A stretch of 64,000 bases of DNA from Octopus sinensis. Lineage: Eukaryota. The first letter of the stretch is position 1; each line of letters starts with the position of its first letter. The notes under the pieces are model-generated. The model was not told the DNA's origin, made no database searches, and worked only from the letters and a program-made list of their open reading frames with translations. Below, piece after piece: positions 52,002-64,000 of this stretch. Where the stretch lies: positions 47,430,001-47,494,000 of the forward strand of contig NC_043007.1 of NCBI RefSeq assembly GCF_006345805.1, given 5' to 3'. A program made the translations under genes and the position numbers.

Positions 52002-53458
52002 ATATATATATATACGTATATGTATATATCGTGAGTTATATAAATGCGAGTGCGTATTTGTATGAATGTATCTATGTATATGTGTGTAATCTGAAATAAA
52101 CTGGGGAATAAAACTATGAATATGACACAAAAAATATCAATAAAATATCTCTGCGATTTTTCAGAATTAAATAGAAGCTGGTAATATGGGAAGCAGAAGA
52201 TTTTATCAAATAATCTTTTATCATGAGAACCTGAAGATTCTGTGCATTGTTTTGAAACCTAAAGTTGCTCTCTTTTTTTTTATATAAATTTCACTTCGTA
52301 AGCATAAAAAATATTTTCTGCTTTCTTTTTATCCTTTCCACTTAAAAGTTTTTGCTTTTAATTTGAAGAATTCCTCGGAAAATGAAAATAGCTTCTTTGA
52401 TAATAGATTAAGCAACATGTCTTAGAAACTGGAACATATTGATCAAATCACAATATATGCATAATCGTGAATTATCTGTGATTCAATCAAGCGCTAAAGT
52501 GGTATCTGTAGGGCCAAAGGCGAAACAACAACTCCATACTGAATTGTTAGAATCGTATCTTTGTATAAATTATTTTAGAAACTTAGTAATTTATTAAATA
52601 GTGGAGCCAGATTTCATATAAACCCGTGGGCTTTAAGCAAAGAAATTCCAGTTGGCCATAATTCTGAATTTAGATTAACTTTCGCTGTTAATGGTAGCTA
52701 TTACTATTTGTCTTCTTGATGTTGTTTAGCGCTAGGCTGATACCAAGAAGCAGAGTTGTTTTTGAAAGAATTCCAGATATGACCATCGCATCTTTCAGAG
52801 ATAATTTAACTTAGACTACAGTATTCAATACATCCTTCATATTATTAAAAATAGTAGAAATTATTTGAGAGAGAGTTGGCTGGTTTTTCTCGCAGAGGGA
52901 TCTATCACCAACCAGTTCATACAATCAAGAAAGCCGGGCATATGGTTACTCGACCTAATAGAAACAGCAGCTAAAATCTTTCTCGTATTACATTCTGCAG
53001 TCTAAAAATGATAATTACGTAATATAGAAGATGGAGTCAAGCACTATTTCCTACAAAACGATGGAATTATCACGGCTGGAATGTCATCATTTGTCACTCG
53101 ATCAAAGGCTGACTGACCTAAGACTAAACAGAAATTGCACTGACAATCACTGCTGCCATAAATTTTCCGATCTTTGTGCAAATATCCAGCAATCTTCCAT
53201 TGTGAACCGTTTAATATGTTACATTTAGATCGGTTTTTATAATTATTGAGTACATCTGACACTCTAACCGTTCATGCGATGTTGCATGTAAGCTATCTCC
53301 TTTCATGCTGTAAGTCTGACCTGATATTCTGCCCTAGGATCACTCGTGATAATTATATATGAATATGTACAATTATAGTTCATCAATAACTGTGTACATT
53401 AAGAAATCGTTATTAAATGCTGCATTTTTCAATTTTGTCGTTTTTGTTTTTATTATTG

Positions 53459-53511
<53 letters not shown>

Positions 53512-54180
53512 AGTCCTTGTTGTATTTTGTTTATTATCTAGTCGGCTCCGGTCAAAAATATCGGTGTTAAAAGTGCTCCCATCATGAACATCTCAAGGTA
53601 TTTTGCTTTCAGATTCTTTCCTGGAATACATTACCTGTGTCCTTCATTTAAAACTTAACTAACAGGTTGCACGATCACACGGCTACCTCCCTGGCCCCAC
53701 GTTCTCTTATAAGTTGGTTCCAAATCACTTATTATACAGAGATAATTTTAAGTCTGACTAAAGAGTTTTGTATCTCGATGTAAAAACAAATACTTCTCCT
53801 TCCTGTCTTCAGTAAAGAGAAGAAAAAAGAGAAAAAAGAGAGAAAAGAAGTCAAAGTAGCACTTTATTTATTTATTTACACCAAAAGTGTGAAATTCAAA
53901 TTTAATCCTGGTAGGTACTGAAATCGGAGTACAGCGGGCTAAAATGAATACGGCAAGACATTATATAATGACTCTGCCAACTTGGAGCCTTATCATCTTT
54001 ACCAAAGTTGTGAGTAAAATGTTCTTGGTGTATGCTTCATCGCTATATTCTTGCAACATGTTCTACGATTAAATATTTTGAATTTCGTCAAGGAGTGAGG
54101 GGCTGGAAGCTGTTGATTTCCAATCATTGGATAAAATGACCAAAAAACATTATTCCTTTAGTCACTAAATTATATGATGT

Positions 54181-54500
54181 GAGGGCGCGTGGCTTAGTGG
54201 TTAGGGCATTCGGCTCATGATCGTAAGGTTGTTAGTTCGATTCCCGGCGACGCGTTGTGTCCTTGAGCAAGACACTTTATTTCACGTTGCTCCAGTCCAT
54301 TCAGCTGGCAAAAATGAGTTGTACTTGTATTTCAAAGGGTCAGCCTTGTCACTCTCTGTCTCACGCTGATTATCCCCGAGAACTACGTTAAGGGTACACG
54401 TGTCTGTGGAATGCTCAGCCATTTGCACGTTAATTTAACGAGCAAGCTGTTCCGTTGATCGTATCAGCTGGGACCCTCGTCGTCGTAACCGGCGGAGTGA
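54181..54500 (+). mobile_element. Full-length tRNA-derived SINE (family C) with a conserved-core-like central domain
   Basis: A box tggcttagtgg, B box gttcgattcc, then tgtgtccttgagcaagacactt...gctccagtcc resembling CORE/V/Meta-type SINE cores; partial relative at ~59000-59080. Confidence 0.8.
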
Positions 54501-55529
54501 GAGAAAATTATATGATCCCGTTGTATCGGTATAAACGATAGGGAGTTGTAAAAATAAATTCAGGTATTTAGCAACATCCTTTTACTTTATGACATCAAGT
54601 ATTTTCTGATGGATACTGCCTTTTATTTTTCTGAAGTCAATAAAATAAAACCTATTACATACTACATAAATACAAACAGCTTTATACACCCTAAATATGT
54701 AACCTTGTGAAGATGACTTTTCCATATGCACCAAACCCTCTTTTACTGTCATAGGGACTGAAGCACAAAAGAGTGATTTGAGGAACAAGAGGCTGCTATT
54801 TCTAACTGGTAGGGCGTCGAAAACGTATGAGCAAAACAGTTAATTTGATTTGGTAGGTGATATATTCCTATGCATGATACATTATTACTATATAAATGTA
54901 TTATATACATACATACACATACATACATATATATATATATATATAAAGATATAGATATATATACATACATATATATGAATGGATGTTTACGTACAAACGT
55001 ATGTATGTGCACATGAAATTCATTACGTATGCACATACATGCATGCACATATACACGCACACACATGCACAGAGATAGATATACATATCCATTCAAGTAT
55101 CTTAGTATGATACGTAAATGTCAGATTGTTCTATGCCTCAAGGCGAATATACTTATTGGCATCTTTTTGGATACTGGCCTGTGTGTGTGTGTATGTGTAT
55201 GAATTCATGTTTGCCTACTATAATGTAGTTTATTCATGCGTATGCGTTTTGCATACGATTTACATACGACGGTGTATAATGTTACTACACACTTACACAC
55301 GCGCATACACACATACACTTACACACACACACACTCACACATGCACACGATGTTATTGAGTAAAAGATACCACACAGGTGCAATTTTCTCAATCAACATT
55401 TTCTATTGCGGCTTATTAGTAGAAACCAAGCAACTGCAAAATATCTGAATGTAGGAATGGTCTTAAAGAAGGTAAGAAAAACACGGAGACAATTATTCTA
55501 CGGAAATTAAACATTTTCTCTGTGGCTTA

Positions 55530-56410
55530 GTGCACTGGTAGAACCGTTAAATCGTAGGGGAAATTTGCATTTTCTTAATCGATATTTGCTCTATCTCTTT
55601 ACATTTTGAGTTCAAATCCCAAGGAGGTCAACTGTTTTCTTCATTCTCTCCGAAGTCGATGTAATAATGATTTAAAATTTTGGTACAAGGCCGGTAATTT
55701 TGTGAAGAGGGGGTTAAGTTGGTTATATCGACTCCAGGGTTCAACTGGTACATATTTTATCAACCCCAAAAGGAAGAAAGGCGAAGTAGACATCCTTGGA
55801 ATTTTGAACTCAGACCGTGGAGATGGACGAAATGCCGCTAAGCATTTTACCCAGCGTGCTAACGATTCTGCCAGTTCATCACCTACCGACGTCGATATAA
55901 TAACGCACCAGTTTTGTACTCAGTTCGTTGTTATCAGCTAACCACTTTCTCTCAAAATTGCTGGCAATGTACCTAAATGACAAACTAAAGTTGGCGCGCT
56001 AGCAGAATCGCAAACGCCTCGGACAAAATGCTTAGTAACTTTTCTTCCGGCTCTTTACAATGAGTTCAAATCCCGCCGAGGTCAACTTTGCTTCCATATT
56101 TTAGTGGTCGATAAGATCAAGTGTCAGTCAAACAATAAGATGAATTTAAACGACTGATCCTCTCACCTCAAAACCGCTGGCCTTATGCCAAAATTAGAAT
56201 TATTTTATTATTATTAGGGTATTATTATTAACACGTCAGACAGAATCCGTAGCGGCATTTCTTCCGGCTTTTTACGTTCTGTGTTCCAATTCCACTGAGG
56301 TCGCCTTTAACTTCCATCCTTTCAATTTTGGCAAAGTATGTATCAGTTTGATTTGATCAAGTAACTCCACCGTCTTCAAAATTCCTGGCTTTGTACCAAA
56401 TTGTCAAACA
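55530..56410. mobile_element. Cluster of four SINE family B copies (three plus, one minus)
   Basis: gagttcaaatccc at ~55610 and ~56063, gtgttccaattcc at ~56281; reverse copy tttgaactcagaccg...gctaacgattctgccagt at 55700-55880. Confidence 0.75.
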
Positions 56411-58639
56411 ACTACTATTGTTGTTGTTGTTATGTTATTATGTTATATCTCTCTCTCTCCCCTCTCTCTCTCTCTCCTCTCTCATTCTCCCCCCTCTCTC
56501 TCTGAATCATGCTTCTTCGTACTATCGCCTACTGTTTTTCAGTCTAATTTTTCATCTCTCCGCTTGGCTTCCTCTCTCTTGCTCTTTCTTTTTCCTTCCT
56601 TCTCGCCATCTGATTGCCTCCACGCACAACAACAACTGCTTTGATTGTTTTCATCTCAAGACTAGATCATTAATTATTCCCACTCTACGCGTAGCTTCAA
56701 AGAGAGAGAGGGAGAGAGAGAGAGGGGGTGGGGAGAGAGAGAACCTGGATGAAATAAGCATTCGATTTCATTCCAACGTTTACAGTAACTCTATATGAAT
56801 AATAGTTAAGCAGGTGTTGTTTTCCTGTGATAAATGCTGTGCTTATTTACTGTTAAATTGATATATCTGCTCGCTACATTAGTTAATATATCCAGTCAAC
56901 TAACGACACTTTATAACTTAATGAATTATTCTGTTTATTTTATCGTCCTAACCTCATTAATTGATAAGAGTCATAGTTGGCCGTATTGATACTTTTTCGG
57001 ATTTCAGATTGTTAGCCAATGACCCAGAGATCTATTATTCCTCTCGCTTTACAATGTTCGCAATGATAAAGGATCTGTTGGTAACAACTAGTTATTCGGC
57101 CGTCAATGCGTGATGCCACACAACCTGATTCAGCAAGATGTAATAATTCTTATATTGAAAATACAAATCGTTACTGAAGGCAGATTTAACAGTTTTATCT
57201 GTTGATCTTGCAGTACTCTACCAAAGTTTACCTTTAAACTCAGGTTAGTGACAATTAAACTGACAAAATCCAAGTCTGTCAACAAAATTTGTTCCTCGTT
57301 ATTAGTTTATTACCACAAAATACAGTTTGCATCTACATTATTCTACTTTCTTCGTTATGGTGCCGGCAAGTCTAAAAAGTGTTAAAACATGTTTTTCTAT
57401 TAAACATAAGGATTTCTTCATCTACTTTCAATCCAAACAAACTCCCACCTCCTTATGAAAGACGCTGTGTTAGATTAAGTCTACGATAAAAACGAATTTT
57501 ACTTTTTTTTTTATCATAATCCCTGTAGACTAGTTGCTGGAAAGTGAAGAGTTAAAGAAATCCTGATTTAAAGAGATTATCGACGAATTAAAACACTTAA
57601 GTCCCTTAACACAAAATGCTGATCTTGATATTGCTCTCAGAGATCCTGATCTTACGCCCAGGGATCATAATTTCACTCTGAGTGCCTTAATTTCACCCAC
57701 GAGGAATCCTGTTCAGAATTAAAGAAATCCTAATCTCACCACCAACCAATCGAAACACTCCTGTAGCTAAGCTCAACCTGCGTGCTACACTGCAATGATA
57801 TTAAGTGATAAAAATATTGTATTAATTCATAAACAGTTATACAATTACATAATTCAAGCAACAAAATTCAATCTGAAAAATATTGTGCGTTATTTTTTTT
57901 TAATTATTGTTTTGTTGTCTATTTTATACATAAAAATGATCGTCTGCGTTTCTACAATTCACAACTTTATGATTTAGCTTTATTTCTAATAATAATCGCA
58001 CAATTTATTTCCAATAAGAAATTTTCCTGGTAATTAATTATTACAAATAATACTAATTGTATTAGTCACTCCATGGTAAAATTTCGTTCGTTTAACGATT
58101 TTTTTCTCGACTGTTATTGAAAAAGAAAATAAGACAAATAAATAGTAATTTCACGCTTATTGAATTTATCCTAATCATGATTAATGAATTGTTTTCATTG
58201 ATTATTTTGCTTAGTTCGTTTTTTTTGTTTTGTTTTTTGTTTTTGCTTTTTTGTATATTTTACACTTCATTTTATTTCTCAACGTTTTCCATTCTGTTAT
58301 TTTCATCCAAACAGACAATTATATAGCATATTAGCATTCATCACGACTTGTTTTCGCAAAACATTGATTGTATTTTAAAACGGGAACTAGCCGAATAGAT
58401 AAGCATCTTCAGTTGGCGTAAGGATATTTTCGGTTCCGTACTCTATTATAGATGTACCATTGTGAAAACATCCCTGAGATAATTCTTGTGAATGCTGTGA
58501 AGTACGCGATCATAGTCAATATGATGAGCAAGATAACTTGAATTCGAGTAAGGTATATACAGTTGAGCAATATTTAATACAACCAAACAAAATAAGAGAA
58601 ATGCATCAAAATAAAATAAAATGAATATACTTCAACCAG

Positions 58640-58840
58640 CCACAGAATCGTTAACACGTCGGATAAAATAATTGGCAGCATTTGTTCAGGCACTTGACAT
58701 TCTGAGTTCAAATTCTGCCGATATCACTTTTGGTTTTCATCCTTTTGGTTTCCATAAAATAAAGTTTTAGTCAAACACTAGGGTCGATGCATTCGACTAT
58801 CCCATCCCTTTAAAATTACTAACCTTGTACCAAATTTAGA
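58640..58840 (+). mobile_element. SINE family B
   Basis: cagaatcgttaacacgtcgg...ctgagttcaaattctgccg...gggtcgatgcattcgact...gtaccaaatttagaa. Confidence 0.75.
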
Positions 58841-59556
58841 ATAAATTATAATTCTTATTTGCTGAATGATTTGTAGTTGCACCATAACAACTACTTTCGC
58901 TATGTGTCACATTTGACAATGATTTCTATACTTTAATTACGTCTATCTGAAAACTGTCCGATGGATTATATCCGTAATTCAACAGCATACCCTATGGTAC
59001 GTTGTCGCGTGATTTAGTGTCTAAATTACGTTAAAGGCACGCATGTCTGTGGAATATTCATCCGCTTAACATGCTTAACATGTGTTTGACGTTATGTTAA
59101 AATCTAGCATGCGGTTTGGTAAATTGTATTCAAGACAAATTCTGCTGATGAACTATGGATATATTGTGTGAGTAAAATTACATAATTTATTAATAGCGAA
59201 ACAATTGTCCAGAATTAATCTACATTTTTGTTATTTTTCATTTGCCCTGCTCGTTTACGCTCATAGTTGTGCTAATTTTCATTGGAAACAATTCTTCGTG
59301 GTTGAAACCATAGCGGATCTATTATTAGTGCAAGAATCGACCACATAGTGGACACTCTCTTATATTTGTGTATAAACTTTATTGTATCCCTGGTTTTTAT
59401 GCGCTAAGCCACTTGGTGTTAAATTGATGGTATTAATAAATTAATATCCAATTTTTTCACCCTTATTTTTGAGTATATGCATACATACATACATGCAGAC
59501 ATACATACAGACACACACACACACACATACACACACATATACACACACACACACAC

Positions 59557-59624
<68 letters not shown>

Positions 59625-60345
59625 GTTAAAGAGGACAACAAACGTTAAACATTAAGGCAAGACAAACATCTCAAGTCATATACATTATTATTATCGGGAA
59701 AAATTAAAAGTTTTATGGCTGTTTCTGGGATATTCCGTCATCGGGGGCAAATAGGGAAATAAGAAGGGTATAGCTTAATGAAATGACGACATAAACGACA
59801 GGAGTAAAAGAATAAGGAGATGAAGAAAGAGAAGAAAAAAGAAGCATAAAAGCTCACAGTTCAATTTTCCGATCTCGTAGAAATAAGTCCATAAGTCCTT
59901 AGGTGCAATCCTGCATAAATCCACGTGGGTTAAAGTGCTGATATTGTAAACAACCAGGAAAACGATGTGAACATATAAACATTCAATAAAAGAATAGTAG
60001 CGGAGATGGATATTAAGTGGTAAAAAGAAAGAAAAGTAAATAAATAGAAAGAAAGGTAGATAGAGTGAGGAGAAATTTAAGGATTGACTTTAAGGATAAA
60101 GTAAGGTATATAAACATATAGTGTCCGCTATACTGGAAATCTGCAATAGCTCTATGACTACCGTCTCGGCTATAACCTTGGAGCCCTAGTAATCCGTTAC
60201 AGCACTTACCTGAACGGCAACGGGAAACTCAGAGTAACAGGTTTTGTTGAATTTTCTGCTGCTTTAAATAAAGCATATTACTCTACCACTGGTATTTGAG
60301 TACTCTTTTTTCCACCTTGTTTCACATTTATGTGTTTACTCCGGT
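59625..60345. mobile_element. Composite PLE-type element between (TA)n tracts with two unrelated, divergent, degenerate hammerheads
   Basis: Minus 59710-59748: CCGATGA-cggaatatccca-GAAAC-agcc-ATA; plus 60209-60241: cctg[core deleted]aacggcaacgg-GAAAC-tcaga-GTA-acagg. Confidence 0.6.
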
Positions 60346-60359
60346 ATATATATATATAG

Positions 60360-60400
<41 letters not shown>

Positions 60401-60404
60401 TATG

Positions 60405-60444
<40 letters not shown>

Positions 60445-60587
60445 ATATATGTATATGCATATATAATATATATACATATATATGTATACAAACTGGTCCG
60501 GGAATCGAATACATGATTTTGCGATCTTGATTCTAAGATCATAGCTACTAGACCGCAAGGCCATGTGTCTTCATATATATATGTATG

Positions 60588-61035
<448 letters not shown>

Positions 61036-61246
61036 CCTCAGATTGCATTGCCCTTAGATTGACACCAAAATATTTCTGGCGGGGGGGAATTGCTTCATGG
61101 TGCTGTTTTTTCACAGACCGTGCTCAACTGACTCTACTATACTGTGTAGTCGACGAAATCCAAAACAAGCAATGCCCATGAACGAAATTAAAAATATATA
61201 TCTACCCTTCACACTTTGTATATCTATCTATATATGTGTGTGTGTG

Positions 61247-61660
<414 letters not shown>

Positions 61661-61713
61661 CATTAGATTAACGACTACATTGTCGCAAGGAGGTACATGA
61701 CGCAAAAATTCGA

Positions 61714-62219
61714 TCATATATATATATATATATATATAAAACTCTAGGTGTGTGAGTGTCTGTCCCCTTCGATTTAGATTCCTAACTCCTCCCACATTTT
61801 GCGGTGCAGTTTAACCAAATTCGAGTATCTTATAGTCGTGATTCATATCGAGCCCGTCTGACTATTAGCGCGCGTCTACGATGAGTCTACGATTTTAAAA
61901 ATAATTTAACATCATTTTTTATTCCATTTTTAATGCATAAAATGCATCGTGTGTCGATGGCGGCGGAGTTGGCGTCCACGCTCACAGCTGCACCTGTTTG
62001 CTTCTCCCCCTTCCCTCCTCGTGAAGCTGTGGGGAAGGGAGTGTAAAGAAATCAACGTCGTAATGCGTTGTGAAGGAGACCAGCGTTCTTTTAGAACAAC
62101 GATTTCATGGCTTGAAGACACCAAAACAAAAATGGCTAAGAAAGCCCGAATTGGCATCTAAAAATGCTTATATAGTTATTTCCCTTACAAACCCGAGCAA
62201 CGCCGGGCGATACTGCTAG
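61714..62219 (+). mobile_element. Non-autonomous Helitron, copy 1
   Basis: 5' A|TC...tataaaa...tgtgtgagtgtctgtc; 3' hairpin cccgagcaacgccggg followed by CTAG|T. Confidence 0.8.
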
Positions 62220-62600
62220 TCTTTATATATAAAAGAGAGGTTGTGTGTCTGTCTCCTACAATTTAGATTCCTAACTACTCCCACATTTTGCGATGCAGTT
62301 TAACCAAAACCGGGTATCTTATAGTCATGATTCATATCGAGCCCTTCTGGGTATTAGCGCGCGTCTACGATGAGTCTACGATTTAAAAAAAAATTTACCA
62401 TAATTTTTTTCCATTTTAATGCATTTTTTCGCAATTATATAAGGGAAGTAACTCTCTAAAAATGTCTACCATAAAAATTTACCATAATCTTTTTTCCATT
62501 TTTAATGCATATTTTTGCTAATTTTTGGCTATAACTCTCTAAAAATGCTTATATAGTTATTTCCCTTACAAACCCGAGCAACGCCGGGCGATACTGCTAG
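62220..62600 (+). mobile_element. Non-autonomous Helitron, copy 2, head-to-tail with copy 1
   Basis: Starts TCtttatatataaaagagaggttgtgtgtctgtc directly after the CTAG of copy 1; same 3' hairpin and CTAG|T at 62597-62601. Confidence 0.85.
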
Positions 62601-63059
62601 TATATATATAAAAAAAAAACTCCACAACCTTTCGTCTCTATAAAACATTAATGTTCCTAAAAGTTGTTCGATGCTAACTTTCTTCCTATACCTTGATCTA
62701 TCTATCTATATATATATATATATATATATATACACCATGGATCCTACACATTTTCTATCTGCCAAATTTACTCCAGGAACCCGGACTATATTTGAAGACA
62801 TGTACCCTAGCCCATTATTGGTCTCGTGTATGTCTAACTTGAAAGCATTTTCTAGCAGCCCTACTTGAAATATAAAGTAGTTGAGCTGGTGTGTTGGTCT
62901 GTGATGGGAACTTGAATTTTGCATTTAAGAGGAAGGAGGTAAGTGTTTGCTGATTTATGACACAAGCATCTTTTAGACTGTGTTGACGGAATATTTTCTA
63001 TATTATACATGGCGTTCATGCACACATGCACACATACGCGCACACATATATACATATAC

Positions 63060-63850
63060 CACATTCATTCATATACATATCTACCATTCACCATCTTATT
63101 TCCTCCTCTTTTCTATCCTCCACCACCTCCAACCGCATTGTCTGTAACCCACATACCCTCGCCATCTACTTCCTAAAACCCACAAACCCAAAACAAACCT
63201 GGCCTCTCCATCGTTTGTGCCTGCACCTGCCCCACCGAACTCATCCCCAAATACCTCGACCTTGTTCTTGCACCCTTAATGGCTTCATATTCATGATACC
63301 AACAAAGCTCTTCGTCTCTTTAATTCTTTCTCCGTTCCTCCCTGCCCCTTCAGACTCTTGTTCACCCTTGACCTAAAATCCTTATACACTCTAATCCCAC
63401 ATAATGAAGGCTTCCTTGCATTAACATACTTCCTGGATCTTCTTCTTGATCAACCTAATACCTCTACCTTCCTCCGTTTAGCTGAACTTGTACTCTCAGT
63501 TGTTTCTTATTCGCGGGTGAATTTTACTATCAGGTCGCAGAAGTTGCCATAGGGAAAGAGAATGGGCTCCAAATATGTGAACCTGTTCGTTGGCAATGCT
63601 GAAGCTCGAATATTTTTCTCAATTCACTGGTCCCATTTCTGAACTGGTCGTTACATTAACGACTATATCGGTGCGACATCACTCTTCTACGAATATCTCG
63701 GCTCCTCCCTCTCTTTCATCCAGTCCTTTCATCCCACTCTCGAATTCTCTTGTTTTGTCTCCAACACCTCCATCAACTGTCTCAACGTATCTGTTACCAT
63801 CCACCAATTCTCTCTTAATATCTCATCCACTATAAACCCAAAGATTCTCA
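63060..63850 (+). mobile_element. Penelope-like RT fragment (same clade as 35-36 kb)
   Basis: HDTNKALRLFNSF, FTLDLKSLYTLIPHNEG, FLRLAELVL, VAMGKRMGSKYVNLFVG, QSFHP, IHYKP across frameshifts. Confidence 0.88.
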
Positions 63851-63884
63851 ACTTCTCCTATACACGCCAAACTGTTCATCCTTC

Positions 63885-63978
63885 ACTCTCAGTTCCTCCC
63901 AAAGTGCCACGCAGTGGGACTGAACCAAAACCCATGTGGTTGGGAAACAAGATTCTCACTAAACAGCCATGCCTATAT
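63885..63978 (-). mobile_element. SINE family A 5' end
   Basis: cccaaagtgccacgcagtgggactgaacc...catgtggttgggaaacaag. Confidence 0.8.
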
Positions 63979-64000
63979 ATACATATATATACATGTATGT

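Noticed and set aside
59140-59185. CTGATGA at ~59146, plus CTGAAGA-GGAAAC at ~5827 and CTGATGA at ~12716
   Set aside because: No stem II, stem III or UH geometry; the 12.7-kb hit lies in PLE coding sequence. Chance 7-mer hits are expected in 64 kb.

Overview
AT-rich animal genomic DNA that is almost entirely repetitive. The SINE families and the density of (TA)n/(CA)n/(GATA)n microsatellites suggest a coleoid cephalopod, probably Octopus; this is an inference from recall, not a database result. No intact protein-coding gene is recognisable, and most ORF-track entries are microsatellite read-throughs or antisense to transposons. Recognisable decayed elements: two R4/Dong-like RLE LINE pieces, several RTE LINE pieces, Penelope-like (PLE) RT/GIY-YIG fragments, an internally deleted Gypsy element with both LTRs, two near-full-length mariners plus Tc1/mariner fragments, a head-to-tail pair of non-autonomous Helitrons, fold-back/MITE elements and many SINEs. 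The most striking signal is a dispersed set of type I hammerhead ribozyme (HHR) motifs from at least six unrelated short repeat families, most inserted in microsatellites. They share palindromic stem III sequences, consistent with dimer-dependent cleavage. Some carry compensatory variants of the catalytic 3-8 pair (C-G, U-A, A-U) or a recurrent U4C change, and some have unusually long stem II domains. One is a tandem, retrozyme-like ~594-nt unit. Several are divergent inverted repeats whose symmetry axis falls in or next to the ribozyme. A possible first exon/promoter of a minus-strand host gene lies at ~50.1 kb. All ribozyme folds were made by eye and none has been tested.
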